NCBI GenBank assembly: GCA_000146045.2
Contig: BK006942.2
Location: forward strand, 375,889 to 439,888
Direction: 5' to 3'
Origin: TPA_inf: Saccharomyces
Taxonomy: Eukaryota
DNA length: 64,000 nucleotides
The notes below the pieces were generated by a model. It ran no database searches. It saw only the letters and a program-made list of their open reading frames with translations, and was not told the origin of the DNA. Positions 11,287-21,405 of the stretch are shown in pieces. Each line of letters starts with the position of its first letter. Position 1 is the first letter of the stretch. The position numbers were made by a program, and so were the translations under genes.

Positions 11287-12598
11287 AGGGCGGTTGTCTT
11301 TGGCATATCGCGAAAATAATAGATCTTATCAAGGGGTTTTTAAGTCATCCTCTGATTATTGGAAGTCATAATCACGTTCAATGGTGGGAGGCCTTCGGAA
11401 AAGAAAAGAAAAGAAAAGAAAATTTTCTCAATCTGAAACAGTCTCTTGTTTACGTTACACTGGCAATTTTAACGGCGAGACTCATCTGAAAAAAGCTATT
11501 CGACTTAGTCCTGTGTTTTTCATTACAGATAATCCTGATCAACGGGTGTACGTTTTTCCATTTTAGGTCAGTATCCTCCCTCTGTGTTTCAAACTAAGTA
11601 TAAGCGCCCACCCTAATTCGCTCGTATCCTTGTGTCAACTTCTTTGCTGCTCTGCAGCTGTAAACAGTTTTTGCGATAAGCCTCACATATGTCAGTGCTG
11701 TAAATACCGGAAATAGAAAGTCACTGTGGTCTGTACCCTCATTTGATTTACGCGGTTAGAAAAGTGGAAACTCTTTCTTAACCGTGTAAATCAAGTATGT
11801 CATTTCAGGAAACTTCCTCAATTCTTGGCGTACTATATTGAGTTGCCAATGTATGAGAGTGGTCGATTTCAATCGGCAACATTCTATCTCGCAATTACGC
11901 AATAAAAATTGACATGGTATGTTATTTTCATCCTTCGGATTTTTCAAACCATTCTGTTATAAGAGATATGTACCATCAATCGCCGACAGCGATACCCTCT
12001 TTAACCTCTAGTAAGAAGGACCCGGCACTTATTGTAATACGTTTAGGGGAAGTAGGTAAATCTGGACCGGTAATACGGCATAACGATCCATTTCGGACAT
12101 CGGGGACATTTCTTTTTTTTCCTTTATTATTTTTTTTTTCTAATGTCCTTACGAATTTCAGGCTCTAACCTTATTTCTTATTAGGACGTGTACTCATTGC
12201 CATCGCAACAATAAAAATAAAACATTAATAAAAAATTAATTAGAGCCTGTAACATAGAGATCAACGCTACTGTAGCGTTAGAAGGACAGTGAGAGAGTGG
12301 CATGACAATTAAAGTTTCTTCCGATTACTTCATGTCATCTGCATTACAAAGGAAGGAAAGATGTTTCGAATTATTTCCCCTTTAAGGTATTTTTGATGTG
12401 AAATTTGACCCCATACTGTGAAAATCAACTGCTAAGAACTCTGTGATCTTCTAAGATAAAAAGGCGGGCCCCTTTTTTCTTCTATATCTATTTATTATCT
12501 AAATATGCTTACATAAGCAAAATATACCGGGGTAGTTAGTGCACGCGGGGAACTACCTCTTTCTTACCGGATCTTGCCGCATCCTTTTTTCTGTTCAT

Positions 12599-12714
12599 TC
12601 TCAGAAAAAAGAGGCTTTTTTTCGTGAATACAGTCCGAAGAGCACTAGAATTTCGGACCGAAATTAGTAATATCTTCTGTACGAAAAAGGAAGACCCCTT
12701 TTCGTACAGAAGCC
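12599..12714. repeat. Cluster of three perfect inverted repeats (palindromes)
   Basis: Palindrome 1: gaaaaaag-aggc-tttttttc. Palindrome 2: AATTTCGG-a-CCGAAATT, a 17-bp perfect palindrome. Palindrome 3: cttctgtacgaaaa-aggaagacccc-ttttcgtacagaag, 14-bp arms at 12674..12687 and 12699..12712. Confidence 0.8.
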
Positions 12715-13683
12715 TTGGTCAATCAGAACAGGCAACGTTGTTTTTTCTACTCCGGAATTTTCTGAGCGAAGACAATCGGCCCTGAAGAGAGGATCAATCG
12801 TGGAAATCTACATCGTCCTCAAGAATTTCTAACGAGACTTCATGTCAAAATTTAACTTTTTTAGCTTTTTTTTAAGGTTGGCCCGCCAAAATCGTAAGTC
12901 TCGGTGCTCTGTTTAGGAAATAAAGAAGAGAAACGTCACCTAAAAAGTTTAAATTGAAGATGTCGTTCTATCTCGCGAATCTTAAATGAAAGACAGAGTG
13001 GGTTGATGACACTAGCGGACTTGTCATTAAATAACCCATGATATCTAGGCACATTAAGGTTAGCGTGGGGGGACGCGAATAATATAAGCATTACTCCAGT
13101 AAACTCACATAGAAAGAAGGAAATATTCTTTGTTCAAAGAGCAAAGGTGCCTGTAAAGATCCTCTTATTCATCAAAGCCTGGTCGAAGATTATTAGTTGT
13201 GCCAAGGCAATATCAGGTTTATTAATCTTTTAGGAAAAATGTAAGGTTGTTACGTCTCTTTCCGTCTCGCGGAAAAACATTTTTACTCAAGCCGTCCGTG
13301 GGATGATTTTTGGTGGTTATCATTTTCCAAGACTCCAGACAAAAGAACGTGCAGGCGCTTGGCAAAAAGAAAAAAAAAAAAAGCGAGAGGGAAAAGTGGC
13401 GCGGTGCCAATACTACCGGTACTTGTTCTTGAATAAGCTATCAGATGGTCAAAATAGGGCTAGAAGAAAAATGGTAAAATAAAGTAAAAAAAGGTAAAAG
13501 ATAATTTTTGAAGAACTAAAAAATATGTAAATGAATATGTATTCTACGGGTAGTTTTCTGCCTTACAAAATTATGGCAGCGAAAACAGAATGGTGGAAGA
13601 AAGTAAAGAGGGTATCGAAATAATATCTTAATTTAAGAATGAAAACATCGTAATGAAGAAACGAACATGTTGGAATTGTATCA

Positions 13684-16600
13684 TTAGAATACAACTGGAA
13701 GAGCGAGTAGCAACCACATAAAGTTTCCAAGAACCTTGATATTAGCAGCACCTTGGTAAGTACTCGAGATAGAAGGAACAGAGTATGTAGCGACTGCAGA
13801 ACCAGAAGCAGATTGTAGTGGACCAGTTAGAGATGGAGATGTGACAACGGGAGCCACGCTAGAAGCAGAAGCTGTTGTAGCTAGTTGGGATGTAGTCTTG
13901 ATTGAAATAGGGTTGGTTGCTGTGGCCACAGTTTCGTAATTCTTGGCACCATTTGAACCTGGAATCAAAGTGGTTATGTAAGTGGTTGGGATGGACTTGG
14001 TTGTGTAACCAGTTGTTGTTTCGCCAGCGGAGTTAGTACCAACAGATGACTCAGTGGTAATAACTGTGGTTGGAATAGCCGTCGTGACAGGGGTGGTAGC
14101 CGAAGGTGCAGTGTTTTCGCCTGCGCTTGCAGAACTTACGATAGTCTTAGCAGAGCATACAGATGTAGTTTCACCGGCAGCGTTTGTAGCAGCAGAACAT
14201 TCAGTAGTGGTTATTGTAGTTGGTACGGCATTAGTGGCAGGAGTTACTGGTGCACTTGGAGCCAAAGTGGTTACATAGGTGGTTGGTACAGACTTTGTTG
14301 TGTAACCAGTTGTCGTCTTACCAGCGGAGTTAGTACCCGTAGAGGATTCAGTGGTAACAACGGTGGTTGTGACAGCTGTTGTAACAAGGGTGGTAGCTTC
14401 AGTAGTGTATTCGCCAGTACCAGTTGAACAAGGAACAGTGGTTGTGACAGTCTTTGGAGAGCATCCAGAGGTAGTTTCACCGGCAGAGTTTGTACCTGTA
14501 GAGCAAACCGTAGTAGTAATAGTGGTTGGGGTGAAATTGGTAACCGTAGTGACTGATGGAGTTGGAGCAATTGTGGTTAGGTAAGTGGTTGGAATGTTTT
14601 TGGTGACAAATGTAGTTGTAATTTCACCACCTGGTTTTGTACTAGTAGAATACTCAGTAGTAACGACGGTGGTTGAGACAACTGTAGTTACAGGTGTGGT
14701 AGGTGAAGTGGTTGTTGATTCCGAGGCGGTTTCGCTTGGACTGGTTGAACATGGAACAGTAGTTGTAATGGTCTTTGGAGAGCATCCAGAGGTAGTTTCA
14801 CCGGCAGAGTTTGTTCCTGTAGAGCAAACTGTAGTAGTAATAGTGGTTGTTGATGATGTAGTGACAGAAGTCGTAGTTGTAGTTGGAACAGTAGTTGTAA
14901 CGGTCTTTGGAGAGCATCCAGAGGTAGTTTCACCGGCAGAGTTTGTTCCTGTAGAGCAAACCGTAGTGGTAATAGTGGTTGTTGATGGTGTAGTGACAGA
15001 AGTCGTAGTTTTAGTTGGAACAATGGTAGTTTCGGTTGTAGAAGAAACAGAGGTTTCTGTTTGACTGCCAGGGTATTTGGATGATGATGGAGTGACAGTA
15101 GTGCCAGTAGAAAAGCTTTCAGTAGTAGAGCTGAATGGAATTGAAGATGGAGCGGAGGAAGTGATGTTGCTAGAGGAAGATGGGGTTGGTACTGGTGCTA
15201 CAGAGCTTTCAGTGGTGGAGCTGGATACTGGAGCAGAAGAGCTTTCAGTAGTAGAGCTTGATGGGGTTGGTACTGGAACAGAAGAGCTTTCAGTGCTAGA
15301 GCTGAATGGGGTTGAAGATGGAGCGGAGGAAGTGATGTTGCTAGAGGAAGATGGGGTTGGTACTGGTGCTACAGAGCTTTCAGTAGTAGAGCTTGATGGG
15401 GTTGGTACTGGAGCAGAAGAGCTTTCGGTAGTAGAGCTGGATGGAGTTGGCACTGGAGCAGAAGAGCTTTCAGTAGTAGAGCTGGATGGAGTTGGTACTG
15501 GAGCAGAAGAGCTTTCAGTGGTAGAGCTGGTTACTGGAGCAGAAGAGCTTTCAGTAGTAGAGCTGGATGGAGTTGGTACTGGAGCAGAAGAGCTTTCAGT
15601 AGTAGAGCTGGATGGAGTTGGTACTGGAGCAGAAGAGCTTTCAGTAGTAGAGCTGGATGGAGTTGGTACTGGAGCAGAAGAGCTTTCAGTGGTAGAGCTG
15701 GTTACTGGAGCAGAAGAGCTTTCAGTGGTAGAGCTGGTTACTGGAGCAGAAGAGCTTTCAGTAGTAGAGCTGGATGGAGTTGGTACTGGAGCAGAAGAGC
15801 TTTCAGTAGTAGAGCTGGATGGGGTTGGTACTGGAGCAGAAGAGCTTTCAGTAGTAGAGCTGGATGGAGTTGGTACTGGAGCAGAAGAGCTTTCAGTGGT
15901 AGAGCTGGTTACTGGAGCAGAAGAGCTTTCAGTAGTAGAGCTTGATGGGGTTGGAGCTGGAGCAGAAGAGCTTTCAGTAGTAGAGCTTGATGGAGTTGGT
16001 ACTGGAGCAGAAGAGCTTTCAGTAGTAGAGCTTGATGGAGTTGGCACTGGAGCAGAAGAGCTTTCAGTGGTGGAGCTGGTTACTGGAGTAGAAGAGCTTT
16101 CAGTAGTAGAGCTGGATGGAGTTGGTACTGGAGCAGAAGAGCTTTCAGTGGTAGAGCTGGTTACTGGAGCAGAAGAGCTTTCAGTGGTGGAGCTTGATGG
16201 GGTTGGAGCTGGAGCAGAAGAGCTTTCAGTAGTAGAGCTGGATGGAGTTGGTACTGGAGCAGAAGAGCTTTCAGTGGTAGAGCTGGTTACTGGAGCAGAA
16301 GAGCTTTCAGTAGTAGAGCTGGATGGAGTTGGTACTGGAGCAGAAGAGCTTTCAGTGGTAGAGCTGGTTACTGGAGCAGAAGAGCTTTCAGTAGTAGAGC
16401 TGGATGGAGTTGGTACTGGAGCAGAAGAGCTTTCAGTGGTAGAGCTGGTTACTGGAGCAGAAGAGCTTTCAGTGGTAGAGCTGGTTACTGGAGCAGAAGA
16501 GCTTTCAGTGGTAGAGCTGGTTACTGGAGCAGAAGAGCTTTCAGTGGTAGAGCTGGTTACTGGAGCAGAAGAGCTTTCAGTAGTAGAGCTGGATGGAGTT

Positions 16601-17787
16601 GGTACTGGAGCAGAAGAGCTTTCAGTGGTAGAGCTGGTTACTGGAGCAGAAGAGCTTTCAGTGGTAGAGCTGGTTACTGGAGCAGAAGAGCTTTCAGTAG
16701 TAGAGCTTGATGGGGTTGGTACTGGAGCAGAAGAGCTTTCAGTGGTAGAGCTGGTTACTGGAGCAGAAGAGCTTTCAGTAGTAGAGCTGGATGGAGTTGG
16801 TACTGGAGCAGAAGAACTTTCAGTAGTAGAGCTTGATGGGGTTGGTACTGGAGTAGTAGTCTTCTTAGTGCATGTCTTAGATGTGGTAGTTTTCTTCTTT
16901 GTACATGGAGTGGTGTCGTGATGAGGAGGTGTAGGCTTTTCCTTTGTGCATGAGGTAGTGGTTGGGGGTGTAGGCTTTTCCTTAGTGCATGAGGTAGTGG
17001 TTGGTGTAGCAGGAGCGGTGGTTGATGATGATGTAGATGACTCGGAAGTGCTAGATGTAGTGGTAGATGACTCGGAAGTGCTAGATGTAGTGGTAGATGA
17101 CTCGGAAGTGCTAGATGTAGTGGTAGATGACTCGGAAGTGCTAGATGTAGTGGTAGATGACTTCGTACCGCCACAATTATTGTCACAATCTATGTTCCAA
17201 TAGAAGCCTGGGAAATCCGTTTGAGAGTGGCCTTGATTGTCATAGTTGTTACAACCAGTAGACAAATCAAAAGATGTAGTTCCCCATTGCCAGGAGCTTG
17301 CATATTGAGCGGCACTACCTTGCAAATACTCGAATTGAATTTGGAAGTTAGGCATCCACACCTGACAGCTGTTGACATCTTGTGTGGCATAAACTTCAAA
17401 AGTGGCTGTGAAATCAGTTGGGTTGTCAATCAAATAGGTATTTTCGTTGTAACCGTATAGTTGGACGGTACCTTTTGGACCAGTGACACCAATGATTTTC
17501 AAAGACCATAGATACTTCAGGTCAATATTTTCTTTACCTTTGACATGAATAGTGATTTGGTATGTGTTGTCTTGAACCCAAGAAACGGAAGTCACATCCA
17601 AAGTATACTGCATGATATTTTGCTGGTCCATGTGCCAATTGAAGTCTAAGTTGGGACAGCCATTAACGATAGAATTACAGCTAGTTCCTTCGGAGGATCC
17701 TCTTGGAACTAGTGCAGTTGGAAAACCCAAAGCCGAGTTAAATAGAAGCGAAAGGACCAAATAAGCGAGTAGAAATGGTCTTTGCAT
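13684..17787 (-). CDS. FLO11: GPI-anchored cell-surface flocculin/adhesin (mucin-like), Flo11/Muc1
   Basis: 1367 aa, the exact S288C length. Has an N-terminal signal peptide and the Flo11 adhesion domain, a huge Ser/Thr-rich tandem-repeat middle region, and a C-terminal GPI signal (hydrophobic tail). Confidence 0.95.
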   Translation of the reverse strand: MQRPFLLAYLVLSLLFNSALGFPTALVPRGSSEGTSCNSIVNGCPNLDFNWHMDQQNIMQYTLDVTSVSWVQDNTYQITIHVKGKENIDLKYLWSLKIIGVTGPKGTVQLYGYNENTYLIDNPTDFTATFEVYATQDVNSCQVWMPNFQIQFEYLQGSAAQYASSWQWGTTSFDLSTGCNNYDNQGHSQTDFPGFYWNIDCDNNCGGTKSSTTTSSTSESSTTTSSTSESSTTTSSTSESSTTTSSTSESSTSSSTTAPATPTTTSCTKEKPTPPTTTSCTKEKPTPPHHDTTPCTKKKTTTSKTCTKKTTTPVPTPSSSTTESSSAPVPTPSSSTTESSSAPVTSSTTESSSAPVPTPSSSTTESSSAPVTSSTTESSSAPVTSSTTESSSAPVPTPSSSTTESSSAPVTSSTTESSSAPVTSSTTESSSAPVTSSTTESSSAPVTSSTTESSSAPVPTPSSSTTESSSAPVTSSTTESSSAPVPTPSSSTTESSSAPVTSSTTESSSAPVPTPSSSTTESSSAPAPTPSSSTTESSSAPVTSSTTESSSAPVPTPSSSTTESSSTPVTSSTTESSSAPVPTPSSSTTESSSAPVPTPSSSTTESSSAPAPTPSSSTTESSSAPVTSSTTESSSAPVPTPSSSTTESSSAPVPTPSSSTTESSSAPVPTPSSSTTESSSAPVTSSTTESSSAPVTSSTTESSSAPVPTPSSSTTESSSAPVPTPSSSTTESSSAPVPTPSSSTTESSSAPVTSSTTESSSAPVPTPSSSTTESSSAPVPTPSSSTTESSSAPVPTPSSSTTESSVAPVPTPSSSSNITSSAPSSTPFSSSTESSSVPVPTPSSSTTESSSAPVSSSTTESSVAPVPTPSSSSNITSSAPSSIPFSSTTESFSTGTTVTPSSSKYPGSQTETSVSSTTETTIVPTKTTTSVTTPSTTTITTTVCSTGTNSAGETTSGCSPKTVTTTVPTTTTTSVTTSSTTTITTTVCSTGTNSAGETTSGCSPKTITTTVPCSTSPSETASESTTTSPTTPVTTVVSTTVVTTEYSTSTKPGGEITTTFVTKNIPTTYLTTIAPTPSVTTVTNFTPTTITTTVCSTGTNSAGETTSGCSPKTVTTTVPCSTGTGEYTTEATTLVTTAVTTTVVTTESSTGTNSAGKTTTGYTTKSVPTTYVTTLAPSAPVTPATNAVPTTITTTECSAATNAAGETTSVCSAKTIVSSASAGENTAPSATTPVTTAIPTTVITTESSVGTNSAGETTTGYTTKSIPTTYITTLIPGSNGAKNYETVATATNPISIKTTSQLATTASASSVAPVVTSPSLTGPLQSASGSAVATYSVPSISSTYQGAANIKVLGNFMWLLLALPVVF
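15100..16860. repeat. FLO11 intragenic tandem repeats. The 36-nt unit encodes TSSTTESSSAPV and the 45-nt unit encodes PTPSSSTTESSSAPV.
   Basis: Dozens of near-identical units are visible on both the nucleotide and protein level. Additional repeat families lie at 14400..15010 (three copies of about 150 nt) and 17020..17165 (five 30-nt units). Confidence 0.95.
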
Positions 17788-17995
17788 AGTGTGCGTATAT
17801 GGATTTTTGAGGCCTACAAAAGTATATTTTAATTAGAACCACAACATGACGAGGGATAATAACTGATGAATAGGGTGCTTTTTATACGTTTATTTTAGGA
17901 AGCAAGAGATCCTTTTTATCAATTGGGAACCCTTCAACAATTTGTACTGGTAAGTCTATGAGTTATCCGTTCTTGAACTAGAAGAGAGCGCAGTA

Positions 17996-20900
17996 ACGTA
18001 AATGCTTGAACATATTTGTTAAGGTAAATAAAACTGCCCTAATTTTTTATTTAATTCGAACACGGACATTCCTCAGATAAGACAAGTCTAACAGTTAATT
18101 CAAAGTAGAAAGAGCTTAATTTCTCCGTAAAAGAACGAAGTATATTGCGATGATGCCTTGAATCCCAATTGGTAACTCTATGACATTTTTGTAAAGGTTA
18201 CCTCATCAGAAGAGAACGGACCTAAAAAGATGACCCACATTTCTCTAGAAACAATCGTACCCTAATAGTTGCTTTAAATTGCTCAGCGGTCAAGAAAACG
18301 TATCATAATGTTATTCTATTCTTGAGCAGGCACTTTTAGGGTTGGGCAATGTCCTCAAAGTAAATATTAGTAAACAAACGAATACCTCCAAATCCATTGA
18401 ATTGAAAATCCATTCCAAGCTCTGCGCTTCCAATTGTTAATCACACCACCGATAGGCAATAGAAGTTCTGTCCGTGAAGATACCGCAGAATGAGTTGTGC
18501 CCGTATTGTTGCACCTAATTACGGAATCCCAAGGTATGCGATGTCCCAGTACGACCGTTAAAAAGACAACATGAATGACTGATCTGTTTAAGAGTATAGG
18601 CAGAAATAAAAAAGTTTGTGCAATGCCTGACAAAAAAAAGCTAATTTTTCTTTTAAGAAAGAATGTCATTCTTTTACCGCAAAGTTAATTTCTGCCTACA
18701 ATCACCTTCTAAACGCTCGGACTGATTGCCTTGAGCAATCAGCAGTTCTTTGAAGCCACTGTCGCAACAAAGAAAAAGAAAAGGGAAGTCCATTCTTAGC
18801 CCCAAAGAAAAGGATGACAAAAAAAAGAAAAAAAGTTAACTCGTACCAGTAAAGCCTAATTTTGCAGTGATCGCTAGCCCCAGAGAAGGACTAAAGACAA
18901 AAAGGACCCACTCGATAGGAAAATAACGGCCGAAACTCTTTGGGCGACATTTTCTTGTTAAGAAAACAGAAGAAAAAAACCTTAATTTGAACTTTCCAGG
19001 CACACCCAAAAAGGATTATGCTTATGTAATGCCACATTCCGAGAAACTGAAAGGCAAAAAAGAAAAAGCCTTTTTTTTCCTGCCGCGAAAGTTTAATTTG
19101 CCTACCGGCGTTCCTATTGGAGTCAGGAAAAGATCACTAGGAATTACAGCTGTGAGAACATACTCTGGGGCTGGCGTAGGCACACAATCCGGTATTCCTA
19201 AAGTTTTGTGGTACAAAACTCCATACCTAAAACATAAAACAAATCTCACCCGTGGATCCTTTTATTCATAATACCCCGTCCTGCACGCCGTGGAACTGAG
19301 TCTAAGTTGACAAGGCTACGAATGAATTTTGGGAAATGCATACGAAGAGGACTGAAAAAGTAGCAGGTTTCATGTGGTGGAAATACCGATTAGCGCATTC
19401 ACATTCGTGTTAGGGTCCGTTTTCCCGCACAGCTTTCGAAATATGAAACAATGTCCGTCTGCGTCAGCAGCTCAGATAAGGAAAAAAGAGATGGTAAAAA
19501 ACATTCGAGAAAAACAAGTACTGCAGGTGCATGTCCTCAATGCATGCAAGTGACCGTTTTGGGGTGGTGAGAACCATCACTAATTAAACTTTTCCTATTT
19601 TTTGTCTTTACAATATTCATTAGTCTTCATTCGCATTGGGTGTTCTACAGAAATGCTGGGCAAATCTGGAGATGGGTTGATACGCTAGCGTTCCTACTTG
19701 TAAGGGAGCAAAGATGTTAGATTTTTCTGTTTTGGAATTTTAGCTTTCTGTCCACCTTAGGTGTATGGCTCGGCTCTCGATGAGAATAGGAAAGTATTCC
19801 GCACTAACCGATGGGGGGTTGTTCTTACCGTAAAACCACACTTGAAAGCTATACGTAGTTGGAACCCCAAAACGACGGTATGAAATGAGGGATACATTAG
19901 GGGACAAAAAGGACTAGTAATTTCTTTGAAATTTGTAATAATAATTCGAAAAGTTGAGCATCCTTAATCTGACATGGCACACAGATGAAAAGGTGTTGAA
20001 AGCACTGTAAAAGAGGTTAAGAAATATCCTCTTTTCAACGAGCTTCATTTTGAGTATAATATGTTTATATTTGTCGCTGGCCCTGAGATGCTCAACTGTA
20101 AGTAAAACATCGGATGTGTGGATAAAAAGAACATGGAAAACGAGTGCAGCAACGACTATATTTAAAATAGTATCATTCATAATTCGATAGATGGACTTTT
20201 CAGCTACTTGTAAACGGCGAAATTGTGTCTAAGTTGTGAATGAGCTTTTCATTTTCATTTGCGTACCGAAGTGGTAAAACTGACGACCTAAAGTACGATA
20301 TACGGAATAAAGCAAGTTCTAATACTCTCTGCAGTTTGACCAGTGCTACTTGGCGCTGTTCATTCCAATTAGCCGTAAATTTGTGAAATAGATCCCAAGA
20401 TAATCTCCGTTTTATTTGCTTCCAAAGAGGTTATCTTTTTAATAGTTGGCATTTTCTAGCTTCTTGGTTGCTATAAGGCATAGTTGAAGTGCAGTGAGAG
20501 GAAGAGGGGAACTCACGGAAAGAGACTCCTTATACTTTTGTCAACCGGTGTGTTCCAAAATTCGCTAGTTAAACGTTTTATTAGCAGCGGTCCCATTGAG
20601 CCAAAACCCCGCTGAGCGTTGCGACACAATCTGATCATACCACATAATCATTGCAGCGCCTACTTTTTAACTTCTAGCAGCCAAATTGTTATTCAGATTT
20701 AGTTGGCGGTACGACTCCTTACAGCAGTAAATTATTCGAATTAGTAACAAACGAGTGATTGGTATGTGGAGATAGGAAACGAAGACTGAGCAGAAGCACC
20801 CACGCTAAGTAATTGTATTCTTGAATTGGGAGCCTGAAGAATTATGATCAAGCTCAGCATCTTTCCGTAGCGTCTTCGAGAATTTGTCCTGTGAGCGGAA

Positions 20901-21194
20901 GGTTGAAAGTTATAAATGATGTCTTATTTTTTTGCATGATCTCCCCAGACCCAGATGTCATCTGTAAAGAATTTAGTAGGACAATTGAAGACGCTGTCTT
21001 CCAATTGATTCAGCGAAACCTTTTCTTAAGATCATTCATATTCTTGTCAAAACACAGATCAGCGTCATATTATTCTTGTCTCGACATTAGGCCGTAATTT
21101 CGTCGAAGAAAAATGATCTATGTCATTGTAAATATCTACAATTCCAGCTATTTACGATAATCACGTTAGAATCTTTTGAATGAATGTCTTTCGA
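17996..21194 (-). ncRNA. ICR1: ICR1 long ncRNA, transcribed through the FLO11 promoter toward FLO11 and interfering in cis. Coordinates are approximate.
   Basis: Established knowledge: a roughly 3.2 kb ncRNA initiating about 3.4 kb upstream of FLO11. It is placed by offset from the FLO11 ATG. It is not visible from sequence alone. Confidence 0.4.
20100..21100 (+). ncRNA. PWR1: PWR1 ncRNA, antisense to the 5' end of ICR1 and promoting FLO11 expression. Coordinates are approximate.
   Basis: Established knowledge: a roughly 1.2 kb transcript on the opposite strand in the distal FLO11 promoter. Placement is approximate. Confidence 0.3.
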
Positions 21195-21405
21195 TACTTT
21201 TCCACGCTTGAAAGTTCGCATTCTTTTGGCGTTTTGTATCCTTATTATTCCAAACTTTGATCCGTTTCAACAACGGAAAAGGGAAAAATGAAAAAGTGCT
21301 GGTAAGTGAAAAATTATGAAAACTCGCTAAACGGCGAAGTTTAGATGTGAGACAAGCAGCAATGGAAGTATAGGTTGGTATTGAATATCTGTGGTTACTC
21401 TAAAG

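Larger units (their letters stand above)
17788..21405 (-). promoter_or_regulatory. FLO11 upstream regulatory region of about 3.6 kb, one of the largest yeast promoters
   Basis: ORF-free interval between the FLO11 ATG and MRS1. Contains a Ste12 PRE TGAAACA at 19444..19450 and CATTCY-like TCS motifs, for example 18791..18796 and 19035..19040. Confidence 0.7.

Noticed and set aside
11130-11489. 119-aa ORF with a KKKKKKKKKKKK stretch
   Set aside because: The poly-Lys is just the 29-nt poly(dA) tract read in frame. There is no coding signature.
14054-17203. Long + strand ORFs (614, 159, 85 and 77 aa) and additional - strand ORFs inside FLO11
   Set aside because: They are antisense or alternate-frame read-through of the FLO11 tandem repeats. 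They have repetitive low-complexity translations (VVELDGVGTGAEELS...) with no start context. They are artefacts of the repeat structure.
19914-20180. Small ORFs (60 to 100 aa) inside the FLO11 promoter and the 3' non-coding region, including possible YIR020C, YIR020W-A and YIR018C-A
   Set aside because: They are short with no domains. SGD classes the YIR020 ORFs as dubious. They cannot be supported from sequence, and their positions overlap the ICR1/PWR1 ncRNA region.
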